Of a DNA stretch of 59,931 nt, positions 1-11,039 are shown in pieces (position 1 is the first letter of the stretch; every line of letters starts with the position of its first letter). The DNA is from Lachnospiraceae bacterium (lineage in GTDB: Bacteria; Bacillota; Clostridia; Lachnospirales; Lachnospiraceae). The DNA lies in assembly GCA_045617405.1 (NCBI GenBank), contig JAZLIL010000081.1, forward strand, positions 1 through 59,931, read 5' to 3'. The position numbers were made by a program, and so were the translations under genes. The notes beneath the pieces are model-generated. The model was not told the origin of the DNA. It saw only the letters and a list, made by a program, of their open reading frames with translations, and made no database searches.

Positions 1-138
1 CTCGAATCGACGCAGACGGAGATTAACGAGATTGTCCTTGAAGCCACACAGAAGCTTCTTTGTGACACTGCTTCTGAAGAACGTACCCGTGCGCTTTTCG
101 ATGAGTTTATAAAAGTACAGGAAACCCCACGGCCTTAA
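1..138 (+). CDS. atpH: 5'-truncated ORF, probably the N-terminal part of F-type ATP synthase subunit delta (OSCP). Alternative: the C-terminus of subunit b.
   Basis: Frame 1 is open from the window edge: ...SEERTRALFDEFIKVQETPRP-stop. The ...R..LFDEFIK.. stretch resembles the inter-domain linker of delta. It lies directly upstream of the delta-C/alpha ORF. The last ~10 codons and the TAA (136-138) lie inside repeat element 106-250. Confidence 0.45.
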   Translation, partial: LESTQTEINEIVLEATQKLLCDTASEERTRALFDEFIKVQETPRP

Positions 139-250
139 GGAAGTGGGTGCTCTTGTACGAGGTGCGGGGTTTTAAGCCCAGTATCTCGTAAGGCACGAAG
201 TGCCGCTTTTATATGAGCAAGTAGCGAAGCGGATTGCGAATAGCATTGAC
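106..250 (+). repeat. Structured repeat family, copy 1 (hairpin arm plus GAA-loop hairpin core)
   Basis: Near-identical to 7551-7695. Shared string: TTTATAAAAGTACARGA..CCTTAA..GGGTGCTCTTGTACGAGGT.CGGGGTTT...CGTAAGGCACGAAGTGCC.CTTTTATATGAGCAAGTAGCGAAGCGGATTGCGAATA.CATTGAC. Confidence 0.85.
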
Positions 251-2046
251 CGGAACAGCGGATCGATTGGAACCGGATAAGAGGGCAGCCAAATGACAAA
301 TGACGATTTTAATATAAATGATGATATAGACGAAAACGTGATAAAGGCCTCTATCCATTGCGTTTTCAGACCGACCGCCGAGCAGGTTGGAAAGATAAAG
401 GACTTCATCTGCAGAAAGTATGAGGCTGACAGAGTTGATCTTGATATCATCAGCGATTCCTACTCGGGTGACGGTTTTGACCTTTTTGTTGGTGAGGATC
501 ATTACGACTGGAGTACTGCCGGACGTGTCAGACAGCTTAGGGAACGTCTGAAGAAGCTTCCTAAGGAAAATGAAGTCGGAAAGATGATTTCGCTTTTGAA
601 AGGCGATATCGGCGATTTCAAGCTTGATTCGGGATATGAACAGATCGGAGAGGTTATTTATGTTGCGGACGGTATTGTGATGATTACCGGTCTGCATGAT
701 GTAGGATACGGCGAGGTCGTTATCTTTGAACAGGGCATAAAGGGCATGGTTCAGGATATACGTTCCGATGGAACGACAGGCGTTATTCTTTTCGGAGAAT
801 CCTGCGAAATCGCTGCCGGATCGCGTGTCTACAGGACAAGACGGACCGCAGGTATTCCGATTAGCAACAGGGTACTCGGAAGAATGATCAATCCGCTCGG
901 ACAGCCGATTGACGGTGGCGACAAGATTGGCGCCAAGGAGTATTTTCGAATCGAACGTCCTGCCCCCGGAATAGTTGACCGTAAGCCTGTCAGCAAACCT
1001 ATGGAGACAGGTATTCTTTCTGTTGATTCGATGTTTCCCATCGGCCGCGGACAGCGTGAACTTATCATCGGCGATCGGCAGACCGGAAAAACTTCCATTG
1101 CAATCGACACGATTTTGAATCAGAAGGGCAAGGATGTTATCTGTGTTTACGTTGCAATAGGTCAGAAGGCGACTGCTGTTGCAAAAGTTGTTAATATCCT
1201 GAAAAAGGCAGGCGCGATGGAATACACGGTCGTTGTTTCATCACCGGCAAGTGATTCTGCATCTCTTCAGTACATTGCACCGTATGCGGGCTGCGCAGTT
1301 GCAGAATACTTTATGTACAGCGGGAAAGACACTCTCATCATCTACGATGATCTTTCAAAGCATGCGGTGGCTTACAGAACCATAAGCCTTCTTCTTGAGC
1401 GTGCTCCCGGACGTGAAGCCTATCCCGGCGACGTTTTTTATCTCCATTCGAGACTTCTCGAGCGTTCGGCACAGCTTTCGGACAGACTTGGCGGCGGCAG
1501 CATGACGGCTCTCCCTATTGTAGAGACTCAGGCAGGCGATGTATCGGCGTACATACCGACAAACATTATATCCATTACCGACGGTCAGTTATTCCTCGAC
1601 AGCGAGATGTTTTACTCGGGACAGCGTCCTGCAGTAAATGTCGGTCTTTCGGTTTCGCGAGTCGGTGGTGCGGCTCAGCTTGATCTGATGAAGAAATCTG
1701 TCGGAACTATCCGTCTCGATCTTGCGCAATATCGTGAAATGAAGGTCTTCTCGCAGTTTTCAAGCGACCTTGATGAGCAGACACTCATTCCTTTACGCTA
1801 CGGTGCGGGACTTATGCAGATTCTCAAGCAGGCGAATCAGGAGCCTCTGTCATTCAGAGAGCAGGTTATTCTCCTGACCGTCGCCCAGGCAAGGATGTTT
1901 CTTGATGTTCCCGAGAAGGATATTCCGAGGGTTAAGAAGGAACTGCTTAAGTGGATGGATGAATCGCGCGGATCGCTGTGCGCGACCATAGACCATACAG
2001 ACTTTTATTCAAAAAAGCTTTCGGAGCACATTCTGAAAGCAGCTGA

Positions 2047-5050
<3,004 letters not shown>

Positions 5051-5084
5051 CACAAATTGGATAACATTTCCCAGACAGATAATT

Positions 5085-5687
5085 CTAGATTGTTCCTCTT
5101 GCATCCTTGTCCTGGTACTTGCCTTTTACGAGTTCGTACATCGTGAGTGCCAGAAGGATTCTTGAAAGACCGCCGCAGATTGCACCGCTCAATACGCCGT
5201 TGATCATGATGCCGAGCAGAACCGTTGCGGCACCGCAGAGTACGCAGACGATTACGAGAAGTGTCGAATTCTTTTTGCCGAGATTCTTGACAAATGCGAG
5301 GAGTATCGATACAAGCATGCTGACTATGAGAACCATGATTTCGCAAATTGCTACGCCGCCATTAATGGTAAAGCCTGCTGCATTTGCCTTTGAAATGGCA
5401 AGGGTGGTAACGACTGTTGCAATCACCTGAGTGATAACATAATTCCAGGCGAAAGCCTTGTAGAGTTTGGCGTCTTCCTTACGACCGCCGTTGCCGAAGT
5501 AGATGTAAGCACAGAAAGCTGCAACCATCCACAGAACGCCCTGCACGAAGCAGAAGGCTCCGCCGACATGAAGGCTTGGTCCTTCAAGATCGTAGCCGCA
5601 TATCGAGCTCATAATCACGTAAAGAATAATCGTGATAAACGATACCATTGCGTAGGATTTGCCGATTTTCACTGTCTTGTTATTCAT
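5085..5687 (-). CDS. Hypothetical multi-pass membrane protein (~200 aa)
   Basis: Start moved to MNNKTVKIGK (ATG 5687), which is preceded by GGGAGGGG. About 6 hydrophobic helices. I recognise no family. Confidence 0.6.
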   Translation of the reverse strand: MNNKTVKIGKSYAMVSFITIILYVIMSSICGYDLEGPSLHVGGAFCFVQGVLWMVAAFCAYIYFGNGGRKEDAKLYKAFAWNYVITQVIATVVTTLAISKANAAGFTINGGVAICEIMVLIVSMLVSILLAFVKNLGKKNSTLLVIVCVLCGAATVLLGIMINGVLSGAICGGLSRILLALTMYELVKGKYQDKDARGTI

Positions 5688-5925
5688 AAATATGCCCCTC
5701 CCAACAGAAACCAGATAAAAAACTATAAGAAAAATGTAACTGTATGGTGTATTATTGTCAAGATACTGTAGCCATTTTGCCATGATGGTTTGACAAAGGA
5801 ATCGGCAGACAGTACAATATGAGTGTGCAATCAAAAAGGGGTTTGCCGGTTGTACATTGCTCTTTCGCATGTGGTGAGTGCGAATTGGCGAAACTATTTA
5901 CATTTTTGAGAAGGAGGCAAGAACT

Positions 5926-6963
5926 ATGTTAACAGCAAAAGAAAACATGCGTCAGTGTATTAAGGGCGGAAATCCCGACCGCTATGTTAATCAGTATGAG
6001 GGTATTTCGCTTCTGTTTCATCCGTTTATGATGTTTTCGAGTCCGCTTGTTGAAAGAGGTATGGAGAATGTTCAGAATGCATGGGGCGTTTACAATTCAT
6101 TCCCGGAGCACGTTCCCGGTTCGTTCCCGGTTCATACACCTGACAAGATTCTGATTAAGGACATCGAGCATTGGAAAGATTATGTTAAGGTTCCGTCACT
6201 CGATTTCACTGATGAACAGTGGGGAATTGCAAAGGGAATGTACGATGCGGTTGACGGCGAGAAGGCATTCAAGGCCGCATTCATTGCTCCCGGCCTTTTT
6301 GAGCAGACACATCATTTCTGTGAGATTACAAACGCTCTGATTTACTACATGGAGTATCCCGATGAGATGCACGATCTGATTAAGACGCTTACGGAGTGGG
6401 AGCTTAAGCTTGCTGAGGGTATCTGCTCGAATCTTCATCCCGATGCCATCTTCCACCATGATGACTGGGGCAGTGAGACAAACAGCTTCTTAAGACCGAG
6501 CATGTTCGAAGAGTTTTTCGTTGATTCCTACAAAGAGATTTACAAGTACTACCATGATCACGGGGTAGAATTTGTATTCCATCATGCAGACAGTTACTGC
6601 GCAAACCTTGTTCCCGACATGATCGAGATGGGTATCGATGTATGGCAGGGCTGGATGCAGTCAAACAATGTTCCTGAGCTTGTAAAGAAGTACGGAGACA
6701 AGATTACATTCATGGGCGACATCGATAACAAGGCAGTCGACTTCGTAGGCTGGACACAGGAAGATTGTGAGAAGGCAGCTCTTCGTGCCATCGAGAACAA
6801 TCCGATGAAGGGCTTTATCCCCTGCATCACACAGGGAGGACCCGGAAGCCTCTATCCCGGAACCTACGAGGGCATCTGGAACGCAATCGACAAGTACAAC
6901 AAGGATCATTTCGGAATTACAGATCCCGGCAGTGCACGTCTTCCTATGGCAGTTATGTTCTGA
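5926..6963 (+). CDS. Uroporphyrinogen decarboxylase (URO-D/MtaA-like) family protein
   Basis: ATG 5926 follows GAAGGAGG. The length (345 aa) and motifs (...HHDDWGSE..., ...GIDVWQG...) are typical of the clostridial URO-D-like family. Confidence 0.75.
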   Translation: MLTAKENMRQCIKGGNPDRYVNQYEGISLLFHPFMMFSSPLVERGMENVQNAWGVYNSFPEHVPGSFPVHTPDKILIKDIEHWKDYVKVPSLDFTDEQWGIAKGMYDAVDGEKAFKAAFIAPGLFEQTHHFCEITNALIYYMEYPDEMHDLIKTLTEWELKLAEGICSNLHPDAIFHHDDWGSETNSFLRPSMFEEFFVDSYKEIYKYYHDHGVEFVFHHADSYCANLVPDMIEMGIDVWQGWMQSNNVPELVKKYGDKITFMGDIDNKAVDFVGWTQEDCEKAALRAIENNPMKGFIPCITQGGPGSLYPGTYEGIWNAIDKYNKDHFGITDPGSARLPMAVMF

Positions 6964-6976
6964 TTCACGCATTTCA

Positions 6977-7010
6977 AGCGGCAGGACCCGCCCGGGTTCT
7001 GCCGCTTTTA
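6977..7010 (+). terminator. Rho-independent terminator after the URO-D gene
   Basis: AGCGGCAGGACCCG / CGGGTTCTGCCGCT stem followed by TTTT. Confidence 0.7.
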
Positions 7011-7028
7011 TACGCAAGGAGGTTACAC

Positions 7029-7583
7029 ATGGATTTCAATGAACTGATAAAGGTTAGAAGATCTGTAAGAAGCTACGTCGAGGGAGAACTGATTCCGGAC
7101 GATGACGTCAGGATAATTGTTGAAGCCGCAGAGCTTGCTCCTTCATGGAAGAATTCCCAAACGGCCCGTTACTACGTTGCCAACACACCCGAAAGCATTG
7201 CCAAACTCGCGCAGACGCTTCCGAGCTTCAATCAGTCGAACTCAAAGGGTGCGGCTCTCGTTGTAACAACGTTTGTAAAGGATATTTCCGGATTTACCGC
7301 AGGAACAGCCGAGAACGAGCTTAGCAACAAGTGGGGCGCATACGATCTTGGTCTTTCCAACGCCTACTTCATCCTTGCCGCAAAGAATCTCGGCTATGAC
7401 ACGCTCATCATGGGCATTCGCGATGCAGCTGCAATCAGGCAGCTTTTTGGTATTCCGAAAACCGAACAGATCACTTCTGTCATCGCCCTCGGAAAGGGTG
7501 CAAAGGACGGCATATTAAGATCAGGTAAAGATGTAAACGATGTTCTGAAGTTTATAAAAGTACAAGAGAACCCACTGCCTTAA
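7029..7583 (+). CDS. Nitroreductase family protein
   Basis: 184 aa. RRSVRSY...APSWKNSQ... is a nitroreductase fold signature. The C-terminal FIKVQENPLP-stop is contributed by the repeat element. Confidence 0.85.
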   Translation: MDFNELIKVRRSVRSYVEGELIPDDDVRIIVEAAELAPSWKNSQTARYYVANTPESIAKLAQTLPSFNQSNSKGAALVVTTFVKDISGFTAGTAENELSNKWGAYDLGLSNAYFILAAKNLGYDTLIMGIRDAAAIRQLFGIPKTEQITSVIALGKGAKDGILRSGKDVNDVLKFIKVQENPLP

Positions 7584-7757
7584 AGCAGCGGGTGCTCTTG
7601 TACGAGGTACGGGGTTTCAAACCCCGTACCTCGTAAGGCACGAAGTGCCACTTTTATATGAGCAAGTAGCGAAGCGGATTGCGAATAACATTGACAAAGT
7701 ACAAGAGAACCCACTGCCTTAAAGCAGCGGGTGCTCTTGTACGAGGTGCGGGGTTTT
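7551..7757 (+). repeat. Structured repeat family, copy 2 (arm-core-arm, the most complete copy)
   Basis: Hairpin A: GTACAAGAGAACCCACTGC-CTTAAA-GCAGCGGGTGCTCTTGTAC. Hairpin B: GAGGTACGGGG-TTTCAA-ACCCCGTACCTC. Hairpin C: GGCAC-GAA-GTGCC. Core runs to CATTGAC (7695). The 60-nt arm is then repeated at 7696-7757. Confidence 0.9.
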
Positions 7758-8697
7758 ATTTCTCGGGATAGTTCCACTTGCAGAAACGCCAGTAGGGTTT
7801 TGCTACCCGCTCGGCATAGGCATCCGGATCCACGTCGTGCCAGTCATAGAAACCCTTCCCGCATTTTGCTCCCATCTCGCCTTTTTCCATGAGATCGCGG
7901 ATAGTCTTTGGAGTCTGCTTCTCGTCTGAGAGGTGCGGAAAAAGATTGTCACATACGGTGCTGCAAAGCTGCATGCCGCCGTTGTCAAAGTGTTCAAAGA
8001 TTCCGATTGAAGTGTAGCGGGGCGTGAAGCTGTATTGCAGACATGTGTCAATGTCACGAGGGTCGGCAATGCCCTTTTCTACAAGACTTATCGCCTCACG
8101 AAGAAGCGCAAACTGAAGCCTGTTCCCGATAAACCCGGGAGTGGGCTTTTTCAGAACAACGGGCTTCCTGTCGAGTTCTTCAAGGACCTCGACGGCATAA
8201 TCGATGACACCTTCCGCCGTCCCGGCAGATCCGCACAGTTCAAAATAGGGGACCATATGGGCAGGATTGAACGGATGCGTAACAATAATTCTGTCGCGGT
8301 ACTTGTCTGCACCTTTTGCGAGCTCATCAGGGACGATTGACGAACTGACCGAGCAAATTGCCCGAAGAACAGGACAATTTTCCTCGAGAGCCCTGTAAAC
8401 TTTGTGCTTTTCATCAACGTCCTCAATGATGCACTCAAACGCAATTTCAGTTTCTTCCAGTTCACTGTAGGAAGATACAAAATGTACGTACTTCATGCAA
8501 ATTCCAATCTGTTTTTCATCGATAAGCGCATGGCTTTTCATCTGATTGAATGTATCCCTTATGACATTCAAACATCTTTGCCGTGAAGCATCGCTTCGTG
8601 CGAGAACAAAAGCATCCATTCCGTGTCCGGCACATAAAACCGCCATGGAAGAAGCTATCATGCCTGTTCCGATAATTGCTGCTTTTCTGTTTTTCAT
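7756..8697 (-). CDS. 3-hydroxyacyl-CoA dehydrogenase family protein (NAD-binding)
   Basis: N-terminal IIGTGMIASSMA Rossmann motif, central ...THPFNPAHMVPYFEL..., and a C-terminal HADH domain. Confidence 0.8.
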   Translation of the reverse strand: MKNRKAAIIGTGMIASSMAVLCAGHGMDAFVLARSDASRQRCLNVIRDTFNQMKSHALIDEKQIGICMKYVHFVSSYSELEETEIAFECIIEDVDEKHKVYRALEENCPVLRAICSVSSSIVPDELAKGADKYRDRIIVTHPFNPAHMVPYFELCGSAGTAEGVIDYAVEVLEELDRKPVVLKKPTPGFIGNRLQFALLREAISLVEKGIADPRDIDTCLQYSFTPRYTSIGIFEHFDNGGMQLCSTVCDNLFPHLSDEKQTPKTIRDLMEKGEMGAKCGKGFYDWHDVDPDAYAERVAKPYWRFCKWNYPEK

Positions 8698-8909
8698 ATG
8701 AACACCACCTGTCTGTCCGGTTTATTCTGCAGAATGTATTATATCATTTTATTTGATTAAGAGATAGGAAAAACATGTTGACAAAAGTATATAATAGATG
8801 TAACGTACTAGAGAAAGAACACTTTTTAACTTTAAACCGTAACGCTTTAAGGCGATAAAGTGCTGCGCCGGCTGTAAAATGCCCCTGTATGACAGCAGTT
8901 ATATGTCGC

Positions 8910-8948
8910 TAAAGTGCAATGGTATAATTAAGGCATTAAAGTGCAATG
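8910..8948 (+). promoter_or_regulatory. Candidate aro-operon promoter (extended -10 TGGTATAAT, 8920-8928) flanked by two identical 12-mers TAAAGTGCAATG
   Basis: 12-mers at 8910-8921 and 8937-8948. A third 8-mer TAAAGTGC lies at 8856-8863. The palindrome CTGCTATAGCAG lies at 8960-8971. Confidence 0.4.
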
Positions 8949-9049
8949 ACGGCTTAATTCTGCTATAGCAGATAGCGGCTTTCTCTACTAAAACACATAA
9001 ATATCTTTACTGTGTTAAAGAACGAATAATAATCAGAGAGGATACAGAA

Positions 9050-10054
9050 ATGATAGTTGTACTCAAACCAAACGTAGCAGAAGAAAAGAAAAATCAGATG
9101 ATAGAATGGCTTAAGGGAATGGGACTTGATGTTCACATTTCTGTCGGAGAGTATCAGACTGTTCTCGGACTGATTGGTGACACGACGAGTGTTGACATGA
9201 ACCTTATTGACAGTCTTGAAATTGTTGATTCGGTTAAGCGTGTGTCTGAGACATTCAAGTGCTGCAACAGAAAATTTCATCCTGAGGATACGGTGGTTTC
9301 AGTCGGTGATGTTAAACTCGGCGGAGGAAATTTCTGCCTGATAGCGGGTCCCTGCTCTGTTGAGTCCGAGGATCAGATTGTCGAAGTGGCAAAGGCCGTA
9401 AAGGCGGCAGGTGCTGATATGCTACGCGGCGGTGCATTCAAGCCGAGGACTTCACCGTATGATTTTCAGGGTCTTAGGGGTGATGGCATAGAACTTTTGA
9501 AGATAGCGCGCAAAGAAACGGGACTTCCCATTGTCACTGAGATAATGAGCGTTTCGGACCTTAATCTGTTTGAGGATGTTGATGTTCTTCAGGTTGGCGC
9601 AAGAAACATGCAGAATTTTGACCTTCTTAAGGAGCTCGGTCACACAGAAAAGCCGATTCTCTTGAAGCGAGGGCTTGCCAACACTTTGAAAGAGCTTCTG
9701 ATGAGTGCCGAATACATCATGGCAAACGGAAACGAGCAGGTAATTCTATGCGAGCGTGGAATCCGTACCTACAGCGATTATCTGAGGAATACGCTTGATT
9801 TGTCTGCTGTTCCTATGCTTCATGAGCTTTCTCATCTGCCCGTAATCGTTGATCCAAGCCATGCGACCGGAATTGCACGAATTGTTTCGCCGATGGCTCT
9901 AGCGGCAACTGCCTGCGGAAGTGACGGCCTGATTATCGAAGTTCACAACGATCCGCCTCATGCTCTGTGTGACGGCGCACAGTCACTTCGCCCCGAGGAG
10001 TATGCTGAACTTGTGAAGAAGGTAAAGGCAGTTCGTGAAGTGACAAACGGGTGA
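9050..10054 (+). CDS. aroF: 3-deoxy-7-phosphoheptulonate (DAHP) synthase, type I-beta, with an N-terminal ferredoxin-like regulatory domain
   Basis: 334 aa. The KDO8P/DAHPS core includes ...[10 protein letters not shown]..., ...[12 protein letters not shown]... and ...VDPSHATG.... The N-terminal ~65-aa domain resembles Thermotoga-type enzymes. Confidence 0.9.
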   Translation: MIVVLKPNVAEEKKNQMIEWLKGMGLDVHISVGEYQTVLGLIGDTTSVDMNLIDSLEIVDSVKRVSETFKCCNRKFHPEDTVVSVGDVKLGGGNFCLIAGPCSVESEDQIVEVAKAVKAAGADMLRGGAFKPRTSPYDFQGLRGDGIELLKIARKETGLPIVTEIMSVSDLNLFEDVDVLQVGARNMQNFDLLKELGHTEKPILLKRGLANTLKELLMSAEYIMANGNEQVILCERGIRTYSDYLRNTLDLSAVPMLHELSHLPVIVDPSHATGIARIVSPMALAATACGSDGLIIEVHNDPPHALCDGAQSLRPEEYAELVKKVKAVREVTNG

Positions 10055-10174
10055 TTGCCATGTTTACGTGAGTAATCGAGAGGTGACAAACGGCTGATTG
10101 TCAGATGCTTGCGGTGAGTAATCGAGAGGTGACAAACGGCTGATTGTCAGATGCTTACGGTGAGTAATCGGGAG
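10040..10174 (+). repeat. Tandem triplication (43/46/46 nt) of the aroF 3' end and aroF-tyrA junction
   Basis: Units start at 10040, 10083 and 10129. Each begins GTGACAAACGG.TGA, so the ghost reads (E)VTNG-stop. The last unit ends in GGGAGG, which serves as the tyrA SD. Confidence 0.9.
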
Positions 10175-10182
10175 GTTATGAA

Positions 10183-11013
10183 ATGATTATTGGAATAGTT
10201 GGACTTGGATTGATCGGAGGATCGTTTGCAAAGGCATACAGCAAGGCCGGGCATACAGTCCTGGCAGTTGAAAAGGATCCCTCGGTTATGCAGTACGCAA
10301 TGCTGAAGGGGATTGCCGACCATGAGCTAAGGGCTGAAGAGTTGCGAGAATGCGACCTGATTCTTATATGCACCTATCCGAAAGCAGCAATCGGGTTCCT
10401 TGAAGAGAACGGAAAGTACATCGGCGAAAAGCCCGTTGTCATAGACTGCTGCGGTACGAAGCGCAACATAGTCGACAAGGGGCGTGAACTTGCGTCTGAG
10501 TACGGTTTTACTTACGTTGGCGGACATCCTATGGCGGGAACCCAGTTTTCGGGGATTAAGTACTCGAAGGAGGGCATGTATAAGGACGCGCCCATGATTA
10601 TCGTGCCGCCGCGTTACGACGATATTGTGCTTTTTGACAGAATAAAGAAGATGCTTATGCCGGCAGGGTTTTCACAGGTAACTGTAACGACTGCCGAGAA
10701 GCATGATGAGATGATTGCCTATACTTCACAGCTTGCACATGTCGTATCAAGTGCCTACATCAAGAGCCCGACTGTGCGAAATCACAAGGGCATGTCGGCC
10801 GGGAGCTACAAGGATATGACGCGTGTTGCGTGGCTGAGTCCGGAGATGTGGACGGAGCTGTGCCTTGACAACCGGGATAATCTGATAAAAGAGACTGATA
10901 TTTTTATTGAGAATCTGATGGCATATCGTGAGGCTCTTGCCGCAGGCGACGGGGAGCGCCTTAAGGAGCTGTTCGCCGAGGGCAAGCGCATGAAGGAAGA
11001 GGTCGACGGGTAG
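10183..11013 (+). CDS. tyrA: Prephenate dehydrogenase
   Basis: IVGLGLIGGS NAD motif, ...GGHPMAG... catalytic motif, 276 aa, and an aromatic amino-acid operon context. Confidence 0.85.
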   Translation: MIIGIVGLGLIGGSFAKAYSKAGHTVLAVEKDPSVMQYAMLKGIADHELRAEELRECDLILICTYPKAAIGFLEENGKYIGEKPVVIDCCGTKRNIVDKGRELASEYGFTYVGGHPMAGTQFSGIKYSKEGMYKDAPMIIVPPRYDDIVLFDRIKKMLMPAGFSQVTVTTAEKHDEMIAYTSQLAHVVSSAYIKSPTVRNHKGMSAGSYKDMTRVAWLSPEMWTELCLDNRDNLIKETDIFIENLMAYREALAAGDGERLKELFAEGKRMKEEVDG

Positions 11014-11039
11014 CAGTATTGCGTCCGAAAGGAGAAATC

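Noticed and set aside
8778-8795. TTGACA and TATAAT hexamers upstream of aroF as a promoter.
   Set aside because: The hexamers are only 6 nt apart, which is incompatible with sigma-70 spacing. The extended -10 at 8920-8928 is the better candidate.
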